Assembly (NCBI RefSeq): GCF_000143415.4
Contig: NW_003314348.1
Location: forward strand, 562,062 to 626,061
From: Selaginella moellendorffii
Taxonomy: Eukaryota > Plantae > Lycopodiophyta
DNA length: 64,000 nt
Direction of reading: 5' to 3'
Shown: in pieces, positions 34,233-45,967 of the stretch
How the letters are laid out: each line of letters opens with the position of its first letter
How positions within the stretch are numbered: position 1 is the first letter of the stretch
The notes under the pieces: generated by a model
Databases searched by the model: none
The model's input: only the letters and a program-made list of their open reading frames with translations
Told to the model about the DNA's origin: nothing
Program-made: the position numbers and the translations under genes

Positions 34233-35525
34233 TGTTGGTCCTCAAGGCTTTCATTGCAAAGCACCACAAGGCTTTCATCACACATACTACTACTAGTGAA
34301 GCTATATATGGCTACAAACACTGTGGATGTAGTAGCTATACCTCAAGTTTCTTGAACCTTGCTCCCCACATTGGACTCAGGGAAAGCTGCATGAAGAAAG
34401 AGAAGAGGAAAAAGGAAAAAAGGAGGCAAATTTATCTAAAACATTGTCAATTGTGGTCCAAAGCTCCCTTGCCCTGGCCCTGATTTGCTCCTAGTTTGAG
34501 GAATTCTACCTAGTGCTGTCCAGAAAGAAGGATAAGGATCTGATGGTTGAATTGAGCGGCCAAGCTCTGCCTATGATTCACAAATCATCCAAAGGCTATC
34601 AACCAAGGCTGGTCCTTCCTAGTTCAACTTGAAGTGGAATATTTACGTACGCGTACTTTGGCCTAGAATTGAATGGAGAGTACTGAGACAGACCTGGAGT
34701 ACTACAGACAAACTCCCCCACGTGAACCAACATTGCTAGCTACAAACATTTAGTTCAAGAAGTTCTCTCTCTTTTTTCTTTCAGTTTTTCTTATCTGTTT
34801 CTTTTCTTTTCCTTGTTGCCTTGGTGAAAAATAAAGGATAAAAAAAGTTGTAGAGCACTGAATTGCTTTGCTGTGGTGAGAGAATACAACTGCAAGGGAG
34901 GATGTTTTCATTCCCAAAAGAGCTTTGCTTTTCCACTTTTATCAAAGGCTTCTTTTTCTTCTCTCGCTTCGTTTCTCTCTTTCCTGTATGATTACAAGTT
35001 GGACCTCAAGTAGAACTGACACTCTCGGGTGAAAGGAATGAAAGCTTTGCGGCTAGCACTGCACAGATCTAGCACAGATCATCCGATGCTTTTCAGAGGA
35101 AAAAAAAATGCAAGTAGCCACAGAGAAAGAAGCCACACGTCTACAACAAAAACTCGCTCACTCACTCACCTATGGTAGTGAATAATCATGGCACTTACCC
35201 GAAGATTCGTAGCGTCTCTTTCCACGTTGAGCTAAAGTACCTTGTCCAAGTGAGTGTCAAATGATTCGATGGCTTGCGCAATAAGCGCGATCCCATAAAC
35301 AGTGAGTGAGTGGTGTCTTGTCGCGCATTTCTTCCACCGTGAAAAGCACTCTATCTGAACGAACAGTTCAAGATCATCAGAACCTCCAGCAAAAGAATTA
35401 AAGCCTCGTCTTTTTCTCGCCTGGGGCCGATCAGCACGATCGTAGAAACGTAAAGCGATGGCGCGCAATCTTCGTTGTTTATACAGGCAAATCGGTCAGG
35501 AGCACAAAACAAGGAAGAAAAGATT

Positions 35526-37523
35526 TCACTTGAAAACCACTGCACGAACCCGTCTTGTAGGATGCTGTTTACGAACACTCACCACCCTCCTTACTTCATC
35601 CATCATCAATGGCTTGATCTTGTTGGACTCGATGATCGCTTGGACCTCCTTCCGCTCGATCGTAAGTGGGTAATTCTTGGCCGCCACGGCTGCGCTCTTC
35701 TCCTCCTCCTGTAGAACCAGATCTTTGCTGCCACTTGCAGAGCTTGCAAGCGGCAATGGAGCCCGTCCGGTTTCGAGTAGCACTGGATCCCTCTCAACCA
35801 CTTGTTTGATTTGGGACTGTGTTAGTTGAATGAACATCCCAGAACTGCAATGCAAGGGACGCAAAACTAAACAAACAAAACAAAAATGCACTGCAGTACC
35901 TTAGCTTGGAAGGGAGACGCAGTCCACCGACGCGAACTCTTTTGAGAGCATGAACCTGGTGGAACAACCAGTCAGGCAGTTGCAAGAGGAATACAGAAGT
36001 TCATTTACCTTGAGAAATGCACTCTCTACCAGCTGCCGTACCTCGTGATTTCGTCCTTCCGTAACCTGCGAGTTCCAGCTTAGTCAGAGGAAAAGCCAGG
36101 GAATCCAACTGGACTTACGACAACACGTATTCTATGCCTGCTATCTCCTGGCTCCGACTTTACAAGCTCGACGGAGATTGGGACGCACATAACCCCGTCA
36201 ATCTCTGTTCCACTTGCTATTCTTTTTAGTTGCCTCTTTGTGACACTTTCACTATCCACAGTAACGAGATACCTGCACAACAGCTGTATGAGCTCTTTTT
36301 CATTTTGTAAGATCTTACTCTTTTGTGATACCCGACGATGGATGCGAAACCTTTTGAGCAAATTCACCTGTTTCAGTCGTAAGCATGATAGATTCTTCTC
36401 AATTCTTTGCTTTCTTACCGTCATTTGTAACGAATATAAGACCAGTTGTGGCAACATCTAAGCGACCGACTGTAAAGAATCTAGGCTTTGTTAGTCCCGG
36501 GTTATTTTTTTCCTGCAAATACAAAGGATTAAACGACAAACTCCGAATCGAAATACACTAACCCATGTCTTAAGGTACTTTTCAAGTAGTAAGTAGACTG
36601 TTTTCTTGTCATCCTTGGCGTCAGAGCAAATGTAGCTACACATGGTATCAAACATTGAGAACTCTAGCATCTGGTGACAATAACAGCTCACCCTTTTGGT
36701 TTGTACAGAGCGAAAACCATTTTTGGGGGCAGCCTCCGAGGAATTGGCTTCCCGTCAATGTATATAAGATCTTTCAGTGGATCTACATGAGTCTGTCAGA
36801 GCATATGTCACTACCTTCAAAGTCAATCGAAATAAAGAAAAGACAGACCTCGGGTGTCCTGCAAACTTTACCATTCACAACAACCTTGCCAGCAAATATG
36901 ATCTCTTCGCAAGCACGCCGCGATGCCACTGCAAGGTAGATAGTTATAAACGTGGCTAGAGAGTGAGGAAAAAAAGCAGAAGAAAAAAAACTCTAGTCAC
37001 CTCCAGCAGCCGCCATAACTTTGCTCAATCTTTCAGCTTTCCGGAATCTCATGTTGAAGAACCTCCTAGCAGCTTTGGAGAACTTTGGCTCTGGAGTCGG
37101 CACCTTTTTCACCTTGGGAGAACGTATATCTTTCTTCTTGAGCTCCTCCTCTTTCTTTGGAACCTTAGCGACAGCTTTCTTCTTTTCCTTCACTTCCTTC
37201 ACGCCAGACCCCGCATTCCCAGCGTCCTCCGCGTCCTTGACGACGATATTCCCGTGAGCGTCCTTGCCTATAATCTTCCCGGAAGTGCTCAATGCAATCA
37301 ATGCTGCCAATCCTTCGAGCGGATTCGCAAAGGGCGTCTGGTAATCCACTGCCGGCGGGGGAGCTTTCGAGCTGCTTACCTCGCTCGTCCCGCAGCATCG
37401 CACCAGAAGCCCCCATCTCTGGCTCCGGGCGCTCCAAATCCCGGTTCTCCGAGCGTGGCACAGCAGCGTAAATCCACGCGAGACAGGAGAAACCCTGGAC
37501 AGCCCTGGAATGGGCAGCATCAT
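35526..37523 (-). CDS. SVR1: Chloroplast RsuA/RluB-family pseudouridine synthase with S4 domain, multi-exon
   Basis: ERLSKVMAAAGVASRRACEEII (S4), YKPKG, catalytic TVGRLDVATTGLIFVTNDG, HPSS..KEY, EGRNHEVRQL, LKRVRVGG; transit peptide-like N-terminus. Confidence 0.9.
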
Positions 37524-37539
37524 CGCTCCTACCCAGAGT

Positions 37540-37700
37540 GCATTCTCGAGGAACCCTAAAATGGGTAAACCCTTAAACTAAAACCCTAATTCTTACAACA
37601 AAAGTGCCACATGGCAGCACTACAGAGTGCCACGTGGTATTCCACATTGTCCTAAAAAGCCCTAAATATTCGTCTCCTTCCTCTTCGCGTGGAGAGGAGG
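37540..37700. promoter_or_regulatory. Short bidirectional promoter between SVR1 and MIK with telo-box and G-box
   Basis: AAACCCTAA 37581-37589 and CACGTG 37631-37636; divergent ATGs about 190 bp apart. Confidence 0.55.
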
Positions 37701-37713
37701 AAACTAGGGGAGC

Positions 37714-38670
37714 ATGCTAGGGCATTCAATGAACGAAGAGGATGACGGCATCGTGGAGTCCAACGGCTGCGATGGGCCAGGGCTCGCTGGGCCGATCCTC
37801 ATTGTGGGGAACTACTGCCACGACACGATCATCACTCGATCCTCGCGCACCGATACCCTGGGCGGATCGGCGGGTTACCTGGTGAATGTCCTCGACGCTC
37901 TTGGCGTGGAATCGGAGGTAATCTCCAAGGTCGGCCCGGATTTCGCCTATCGGTCTAGGGTATCGCATCCGCCAGTGGTCGTCGAGCGATCGGCGACGAC
38001 GCACTTCGTGGCGGATTACACAGGCGCCGAGGATGAAGATCGCGTGCTGCGAGCGGTCAAGGTGTGCGATCCAATCGTCTCGTCGGATTTCGGCAGAGCT
38101 CGGCGGAGCCGCTATGGGATCGGCCTGGCGGCGGGCGTCGCCGGCGAGATTCTGCCCGAGGCGCTGGAGAGGATTATCAAGCTGTGCGATCGGGTGATTG
38201 TGGATCTCCAGGCGCTCATCCGGCTCATCGATCCGGTGACGCGAGTGGTGAAATATCGCAAGCTCGAGGACACGGAGTTCTATGGGATGCTAGACAGGGT
38301 TTCTTTCGTCAAGGCGGCCCAGTCCGAGGCCAAGTACATCGATCTGGAGAACGCTCGCCAAAAGACGTGTGTGATCGTCACAAACGGTGACAAAGGCAGC
38401 ACGGTCTACATCAAGAGCAAGGAGTATCACGTCCCGGCGTTTCCAGCGAGCGAGCTCGATCCAACTGGTGCTGGAGATAGTTTCTTGGGTGGATTCACTG
38501 CGGGGCTCTATCGAGGCCTGTCCGTTGAGAAGGCTGTGGTGGTGGGGAATTATTTTGGAGCGCTCGCTGTGTCTCATGTGGGAATTCCTACGCTCACGCA
38601 GTTCCAAGTCAAGGTAATGCTGTTTCTTTTTCCTCTAGGATCTAGCTTCTCTTCGTTTGATCTTGCCTGA
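37714..38670 (+). CDS. MIK: pfkB-family kinase, myo-inositol 3-kinase-like (3' exon after the donor at 38614 unresolved)
   Basis: LIVGNYCHD, LGGSA, SKVGPDF, VDLQALIR and the pfkB signature DPTGAGDSFLGG. Confidence 0.85.
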   Translation: MLGHSMNEEDDGIVESNGCDGPGLAGPILIVGNYCHDTIITRSSRTDTLGGSAGYLVNVLDALGVESEVISKVGPDFAYRSRVSHPPVVVERSATTHFVADYTGAEDEDRVLRAVKVCDPIVSSDFGRARRSRYGIGLAAGVAGEILPEALERIIKLCDRVIVDLQALIRLIDPVTRVVKYRKLEDTEFYGMLDRVSFVKAAQSEAKYIDLENARQKTCVIVTNGDKGSTVYIKSKEYHVPAFPASELDPTGAGDSFLGGFTAGLYRGLSVEKAVVVGNYFGALAVSHVGIPTLTQFQVKVMLFLFPLGSSFSSFDLA

Positions 38671-39126
38671 GCTTTTGTTCTTCGGTGTAGGATTCAGATA
38701 AACTTTTTTCTGGCAACGATTGTAGGCTTGCCTGAGCAACCTTTGCTACAGCGGCATAGTACAATTCTTATTTTTTCTTGATCCAGAAGAATTCCGGATA
38801 TACAACAGGCAATAAACATAAGAGAGGGGCTTATGATTCTCGTAAGGTTGCAATGATGTTTGCGATGATCTTTGCTAATCACTGTATGTTGACTAAGCCA
38901 TAGCTCGAAAGAAGGTGAGCGAGAGTAAAGCTTATGCTCGAGTTACACGTGAAGGAAACTTCCATTTTCACTAGATCATACATTCAAGAAACAAAACCAA
39001 AGACGCACAAAGCACAGGTATGGTATCTGTTACAGATTGACTCATTTCCAGACTCGCAAAGTTTTGTAACTTCGATCGATCGTCGTCAAAGGTTCTATAC
39101 TCCTTTTCTTTTTATTTCTTGGGCTC

Positions 39127-40026
39127 CTAGTACTGAGCTTGCTTCGTGATCGGTTTCATAGGTATGGAGCTCCCATTACTGGACTCGATGTCCACAACTG
39201 GCAGATGATCGTAGCCACCACCACTGCTTCTCCTCCTGGCGACTCCACAGTAGAGAAGCGAGCTCACCACCATCGCCACCAGGAGGTGACAGATAAAAGC
39301 CAGGTCCACGAGCGAGAAGGCCCGAGCTCTAGCTTCCTCGAGATCACACTTGGTGCTTCCTCCAACTCCTCGCGGAAGATCCAGCAGCTGGTGGCAGCCC
39401 TCCGGCGTGAAGCTCTTGACGAAGAGCGTCAAGCCTGACTGCACGAGCCACGATCCCTGCAGAAGGATCGACTCGGTCAACACCAGATCGGCGAGGATGG
39501 CAGTGGGTTTCCAGGCCAGCAGTGCCGCTGAGATCGAGCACGCTGCCGCGAGGTTGGAGAGGATGGCATTGCATTTCCCCTCAAGATCCTGGCCGTGCTG
39601 GGACAGAACCATCCACTCGATCCCAAACGCTACCGCGGAGAGGAGGAAGGCTGCCTCGGCGGGGAGTGGAAGCCACAGCGTCGTGTCACTGACGAGCAGC
39701 ACGACGACAAGGAAGAGGAAGCCGAGGAGCATGGCGGCGCGCTGGAAGTCGACGACCCGGGTGTTGGGGGCGCCGATCTGGAGGAGGGCCTGGAAATCGG
39801 TGGAGGCGGCCAGCTCGTAGACGATGGCGATGGGAAGAGCGAGGAGGAGGATGTAGAGCTCGAGGTGCTTGATCCGGCCGCGGAGGCCGGCGACCGGGTG
39901 CCATAGCCTGGCGGAGTAGTCGCGGGGCGACCGAATGTAGGTGGAGATCGCGCGGAGCTGGTGCCAGAAGCCGATGGCGATGAGAAAGATACCTGGTAGA
40001 GCGTGGGCAGCGAGCGTCCCCCCCAT
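39127..40026 (-). CDS. TMEM45/DUF716 multi-pass membrane protein, intronless
   Basis: MGGTLAAHALPG.FL..IGFWH start, LEGKCN, LLQGSWLVQSG..LF, PEGC and several TM segments. Confidence 0.85.
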   Translation of the reverse strand: MGGTLAAHALPGIFLIAIGFWHQLRAISTYIRSPRDYSARLWHPVAGLRGRIKHLELYILLLALPIAIVYELAASTDFQALLQIGAPNTRVVDFQRAAMLLGFLFLVVVLLVSDTTLWLPLPAEAAFLLSAVAFGIEWMVLSQHGQDLEGKCNAILSNLAAACSISAALLAWKPTAILADLVLTESILLQGSWLVQSGLTLFVKSFTPEGCHQLLDLPRGVGGSTKCDLEEARARAFSLVDLAFICHLLVAMVVSSLLYCGVARRRSSGGGYDHLPVVDIESSNGSSIPMKPITKQAQY

Positions 40027-40273
40027 GGCGCCCAGCGTGAAGAGCCCTAGATTAAAACAACGATTAAGAAAATGGACGTTTAAGTGTGACTGACTAAACT
40101 CGATGGGGAGCTTAGCCAAGCCATAGTATAATTTCACGAAACATGACCATTGTCTGAGGAAAACCTTGTATGTGATACGTGTCAGCTGCTCGCCAAACTC
40201 AATGCAACCGATTTTTTATTTGTAGAAAGAGTTTTCTGACAAATGAAAACCATACAGACCCTTTCAACCTTTT

Positions 40274-40460
40274 AACCAAGGAATAAGTCCTGTGCATTTG
40301 CCTTAACAGGGGATATGCTGCCTGCTTTGAGTTCTTTTCACTGAAGAATATATCCTGTATGCCTTAATAGGAGAATTGCTGCATTGAGCTCTTCTCATTA
40401 AAACATCCTACCAATTTTTCTTTCACAAGAGTTGGCTGATTGATTGCAATGAGCTGTTTC
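40274..40460. repeat. Degenerate duplicate of the GDSL stop/3'UTR region (40634-40775)
   Basis: gaataa.tcctgtgcatttgccttaaca, cattaa.acatccta, tttcaca.gagttggc and ttgcaatgagctg occur in both. Confidence 0.75.
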
Positions 40461-40720
40461 TGTTCTTTTTATTACATCCAAACATATAACTTGAATCGAT
40501 ACACCTCAATGTCTATCTCATTCTTGGTGCTGCGAGACCATGTAAACAGTATACGAATGAATCTAGATCATGTACAGTTTTAAACAATACATGAATGAAT
40601 GAAAGCGGCAACAGGTGATTCTGCTTCACACCCAACCCAAGAATAAATCCTGTGCATTTGCCTTAACAACAAGGGATCAATCCTCTTTTCATTAATACAT
40701 CCTACACAGAGCTCTCTCTT

Positions 40721-42065
40721 TCACAGGAGTTGGCCTATTCCCTGGTTGAAAGCAGTATTTGCAATGAGCTGATTCATGGTGCTGGTTGGGTGAAAGCTGT
40801 CCCAGAACACGTACTTGCTGGCATTGCTGCACGTCCCGATTGAATGCTCGTTACAAAGGATGCTGACGGCCAGCCTGCCGATGCCGCAACACCCAGTGGT
40901 GGTCTGCTCAAACCCTGCAAGTCGATCAAACAATCAGTATCTCTCCAGCGAAGAAGTTGTTCTGATCGATCGATCACCCCTTACGCACCGTTCTTGGAAG
41001 GGTTCTTGATAACGTCCTCGACCAGCGGGTAGATGTCAATGTAGGCGAGCTTGATGTCCTTGAGGCTTGCTCTGATCGATGTCACTGTCGAGTTGAGCGC
41101 CCGATTGAAGAGGCGAGCGTCGCGGTTGGCGAAGTCGACGCAGCTGAGCGATCCTTTCCCGTAGAGGGTGACCTGCGATGGCAGGCATCCCAGCGGCGCC
41201 ATGCTCACCACCGCGATCCTGCGAGCACCCAAGCTGTAGAGCGCCTGACGATGCGATGGAGAATGAGAAATCGATATCGACATCGATGGAGCGAGAGAAT
41301 TGAAACAAGAGTGGAGGCTACCTTGGTGAATTGGGTGAAGGAGCTGAGGAGCAGCGAGCGAAAGGCGTTCCTGCTATACTTCTCCTGGACGAGGGGATTG
41401 ACGTAGTAATTCGCGACGTAATCGTTGCTGCCAGTGCTCAATGTGTAGACCCCCTGCGAGATGATGTTCGTCGCATTCGCCTTCCCGACGATCTTGACGA
41501 GATTCTGCGTGTAGGATTTGAACCACTGGAGCTGGCCATCCAGACCTGGCACATTCTGCTCTAGGACAAGAACAGCGAAAACAGAGGATTGATAAGAAAA
41601 ACAGAGAACACTGTGCTGTTCTTGGCAAATTTTCGAAAATCACCAGCGTCGCTCCAGTCTCTGACAGGTATCCAGATCCTCCCGTTGCGAAATTCACACC
41701 CGTGACGATGTTTTGCCCCTTGGCTGAGGGATCTAAGTATGGGAGAGCGAGCGGCAGTCCCAGCAAAGCCGCTGCAAACAACGCACATTTGCCCGAATCG
41801 ATCGCTGCAGCATATGAAGAAACAAAGAATCCATCCACTCACCGAGATAATCCGAGGGAGTTCTCCCGTTGCTGAATCGCCCAGTGGGCTGCTTGGTGTC
41901 GAAGTCCCGGCCATAGGGCGGGAAATTGGCCCGGAAGATCGTCTTGAGGTAGTCGTTGTTGCCGGCATCGACGGTGGAATCGCCAAACGTGAAGGCCGCG
42001 GGGATGAGCTGCGCGCGCGAGACCGAGAGCGAGCAGAAAAGGAGAGAAATGGCCAGGGAAATCAT
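40721..42065 (-). CDS. GDSL esterase/lipase (secreted), 5 exons
   Basis: Signal peptide, FGDSTVDAGNN, TGRFSNG, GVNFATGGSG, GSNDY, LGARRI..PLGCLP, FWDSFHPT. Confidence 0.95.
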
Positions 42066-42364
42066 CGTCCAGGCGCGCGCCTCGATCGAAGAAGGCAGAG
42101 GAAACTCGAATAGGACAGTGGTGATCCCTCCTTCCTCGTCGCCCCTTTGTACTCCACTGGCATCGTTGAGTGGGAGACACCCATTAAAGCTAGCGGACGG
42201 GAGGACAGGCTTTCTACTCTTTGGCGTTGGGATCGTCTCCTTCCTCCTCCTTGAAGGCCTCGGTTCTTTAATGCACCGGAGTGTGAGGTGCACGAAGACG
42301 GAATATCCCAGATGGCGTGGGATATTCTGTCTACTGGGTTTAGGGTTTTGGCATTCCAGGGCCG

Positions 42365-43895
42365 ATGGAGAGCGCGAGTAATGGCGGAGGCGCGCGGTAC
42401 AGCCTCAAGAAGGCGATCCAGGCGAGCTTCGGCGCGCCGGACAATCCGGATTACATCTTCGACATCTCGACCAGGTATAGCGCCCTTGGATCTCGCTTTG
42501 ATCTCCGGGATTTCTTCCAGTGGGGATAGCATGATGGCCGTGTCCCTGTCGACGAATGGGATCAAGCTCTATTCTCCTGTCAAGGACAAGCTACTTGGGG
42601 AATTATCGGGTCACACCAGTACCATTACAGACATTGCCTTTCCTAGTCCTTTGGCGCCCCATAAGTTGTGTTCTTCTTCCACGGATGGAACGCTAAGAAT
42701 TTGGGATACGCGAACGCATAGACAGGTCTGTGTGTATAGTTTTTACTTTCCTTCTAAGATTTTCCCTTTTCCTATCTACAGATAGGCTGTCTAAAATCTC
42801 CATCTCCTAGAGAACTGTGGAGTTTTAGCTTAGGTGGGATGAGTGGAAACTTGATCGCTGCTGGAAGCCAAGCACAGGTACTTCCACTAAAGACTTAACA
42901 GGAACTTTGGAAATACTGCCTCCAGTACTGTGCTGTTTGTGCAGATTATGTTCTGGGACTGGAGAACCAAGAAGCAACTAGGATGCTTAGAGGAATGCCA
43001 CACTGAGGACGTCACACAGGTCTGTCTAGCAGAAAGGAGAAAAAGAAAGAGAGCTGGAATTTTTCTGACTGTGCTTGACAGGTACGGTTCCATCCAAACA
43101 AAATGGACAAGCTTCTTTCTGCATCAGTGGATGGTTTGATGTGCGCGATCGATACGAGTGGAGGCATCAATGACGACGAGGGGCTAGATTCTGTAAGCTT
43201 ATTCTTTATTCTCTCGCTAGCTGTGAAATCGCTGGATCACGCAGGTCTTGAGCGTGGGTACTTCAGTTGCGAGGGTAGGATTCTATGGCGAATCTAATGA
43301 GAAAGTTTGGTGCCTAACTCATACAGAGTCCTTGAGGTAACTAGCACTATCTCGTTACTGGATCTCAAGTCTTGGTCATCCTGTAGCGTTTGGAACTTCG
43401 AAGAGAAGAGACTAGAGGCAGACTTTGGAGACACGAGATCGAGAGCTTCCGCTGCATGGTCACTAACACCTGTAAGTATACTTCTTTCCACGATAGATTC
43501 GTCTCTCACGGCAGCAAGCATCGACACAGGTTAACTACTTGATCGACTGCCACTACTCCCCGACTCTAGACGGCCTGTGCCTCGTAGCAGGAACTCTCGG
43601 GGGCACGATTGGAATGTTCCCGGTGAACTACACGAAATGCGGTGGTGACACGCACTGCTCCGGGCAGATCGGCCCAGTTTGCTCGGTTCTGGAAGGAGGT
43701 CACACCGCAGTCGTCCGGAGCGTGAAAACTTTCGATCAAAGCGAGCTCTTTTGCTGGTCCGGCGGCGAAGATGGACGGCTTTGCAGCTGGAGCAAACCGA
43801 GCTCGAGCTCCGAGTTTGAGAGCAGTGCTTGGGTTTCGAGCAATCTGGTGCTCAAGAGGGCCAAGCAATCCAACAAGAGACATGTCCCTTATTGA
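42365..43895 (+). CDS. GTS1: WD40-repeat protein WDR89/GTS1-like, multi-exon
   Basis: DYIFDI, MAVSLSTN.IKLYSP, GHTSTITDIAF, SSSTDGTLRIWD, CLEECHTEDVTQV, LLSASVDGL, GGHTAVVRS, WSGGEDGRLC.W and C-terminal RHVPY. Confidence 0.85.
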
Positions 43896-44010
43896 TGACG
43901 TGTAATGCCAAGTGTGCTACCTTTTAGTGACGTGCCAAGTGTCCGGACCGCCACGTCGTGACTCGTGTCTTAAAGTGTTACACGTCGGCAGATATGTCTG
44001 ACGTGTCGGA
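43896..44010. promoter_or_regulatory. ACGT-core (ABRE/bZIP-like) cluster upstream of the RING gene
   Basis: Five ACGT cores in about 110 bp, including inverted acacgtcgg...ctgacgtgt; telo-like ttagggttaggg near 44076. Confidence 0.4.
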
Positions 44011-44192
44011 GCCGACGGGGGGGATTGCTCCAAAGGCATACATTTTTCCACTGAAAAGCAGATCCATAGTGTTCTTAGGGTTAGGGCGCGTAGGGAGATA
44101 GGGTTTTCGGATGTGAGTCTCTTTCTCGCGATTCCGGGAGGTTTTGATCTGTGTTGATCGGCTTGGCTGCAGATCGATCCATAGCGAGCGCC

Positions 44193-45746
44193 ATGGCAGA
44201 TCATACAGCACAGGCGAGCAGCGGCGGCGATGGCGATGAGAGCCCGAGGTATTTCTGCTACCAATGCGAGAAGGAGGTAGCTGTGGCGGGGGCCCAGGAC
44301 GGCATGACATGCGCCGAGTGTGAGGGTGGATTTGTGGAGGCCATCGCGACGGCGGCAGCTGCGGCGCCAGAATTTGGCCGCCAGTCGAGGCGGCGGCGCA
44401 GGAGAGCTCACGACACCATCCCTCTCAGCGACGCCCTGGAGCATATGTATCCCCACCAGATGCTCCAGATGGTCCAGATCCTTCTCGAGGCGTCGAGGGC
44501 GAACAGCCGGCAAGGGGCTTCCAGCGATGCCGCGGGTGCCAATGCGCTGGAGATCGAGAATGGTGGACCGAATCCTCCTGGCGACACTGTTGAAGAGGGC
44601 GAATTGCCTGCTCGATCTGGAGGGGAGGAAGCGCCTGGAACAGCTGCTGGTGGCGGTGCTGGGAACGAAGGTCGCGTGATGATCGTCCGGGAGCGGCAGC
44701 TCGGGCAGGACGATCTCTCTGAGGAGCACGAGAGCGACAGTGAGACCGGTGGCTTGCGGCTGGAGCTGGAGGGCTTTGATCTCAACGAGGACGACGACGA
44801 GTGGGAAGAGGCCGAGGAGGAGGAGGACGGAGTGATCACTCACACCACCAGGATCGATGCGGACGTGGTTGGCGACGACTCTGGCGGCGATCGGGAGGAG
44901 CGAGTGAGCAGGGCCAGGAACAACCTCACTTTCTACATGAGGGAGATCTTCCAGAACTTATTGGAGCAGAACCTCGAGGTCCGGCTGGAGCTCCCGGACG
45001 TGTACCTGGGCAACCCGGGCGATTACCTCGACTCTAGAGGATTCGAGCAGCTCCTCCAGCAGCTGGCGGAGAACGACACCACCCGGCGCGGTGCTCCCCC
45101 GGCGGCCAAGTCGGCAGTGGACGAGCTGGAGATGGTGAAGATCGCGCAGCACCACATAGACAGCGGGATCGCGGTGTGCGCGATATGCAAGGAGCAGCTG
45201 ATGCTGGACGAGCCCGCCAAGCAGCTGCCGTGCTTGCACCTCTACCACCAGGACTGCATCCTGCCATGGCTGGGATCGAGAAACTCTTGCCCGGTCTGCC
45301 GCTACGAGCTTCCCACGGATGATCCCGACTACGAGGAGCAAAAGAATGGCCGCAAAGCCCAGGACTCCACTCCTGGCACTGCGGCTAGTGCCACTCCTGC
45401 TGCTGCTGCTACTACTACTGCTGCTACTACGATTGGTGGCGAAGAGAGCAGCAGTGGTGCTGACCGGGGGCAAAACTCTGGAGGTTCTAGCGAAGAAAGT
45501 TGCCGAGATAGCAGCGAGGAAGTGACCAGTGGTGGTGGTGGTGGCGGTGGTGGCTACCGGGGGATATCGCGGAGCTGGCTCATTCTCGCCGTGGGACCAG
45601 TGCTGAGCGTGATGGGATTCATGTTTATATCTCTGGCCAACCATCTCGTGGGGAGACAGCCCGATCGATTGTTCCAAGAGTTCCAGATGATGTTCCACTC
45701 CAACGACGTTCCAGGTACTTCTCAGAGACACTGGTGGTTTCACTGA
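44193..45746 (+). CDS. RING-H2 E3 ubiquitin ligase with N-terminal zinc ribbon (BTL/CIP8-like) and C-terminal hydrophobic segment
   Basis: YFCYQC...CAECEGGFVE, NPGDY, GAPPAAKSAV, CAIC..LPC.H.YH..CI.PWL..RNSCPVCR; single ORF. Confidence 0.92.
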   Translation: MADHTAQASSGGDGDESPRYFCYQCEKEVAVAGAQDGMTCAECEGGFVEAIATAAAAAPEFGRQSRRRRRRAHDTIPLSDALEHMYPHQMLQMVQILLEASRANSRQGASSDAAGANALEIENGGPNPPGDTVEEGELPARSGGEEAPGTAAGGGAGNEGRVMIVRERQLGQDDLSEEHESDSETGGLRLELEGFDLNEDDDEWEEAEEEEDGVITHTTRIDADVVGDDSGGDREERVSRARNNLTFYMREIFQNLLEQNLEVRLELPDVYLGNPGDYLDSRGFEQLLQQLAENDTTRRGAPPAAKSAVDELEMVKIAQHHIDSGIAVCAICKEQLMLDEPAKQLPCLHLYHQDCILPWLGSRNSCPVCRYELPTDDPDYEEQKNGRKAQDSTPGTAASATPAAAATTTAATTIGGEESSSGADRGQNSGGSSEESCRDSSEEVTSGGGGGGGGYRGISRSWLILAVGPVLSVMGFMFISLANHLVGRQPDRLFQEFQMMFHSNDVPGTSQRHWWFH

Positions 45747-45967
45747 GGGAGAGATCTCGTGTTCTTCTCTTGTGCTTCACTTTCTTTTTTTTTGGTTTCT
45801 TCGCTGGTTCGTGAATGGGGGGTGAAGATCCGGTTTCTTCTGCTCCATGTAAGTATGGCCAAGGAATAAAATCTCTTTACTTGCAAACGCACCTTCTTTG
45901 TTCTTCGCTCTTTTCGTATGTTTATTTCTTGATAGGGAGGAAAATCTTGTCAAACTTTGTTAAGTTT

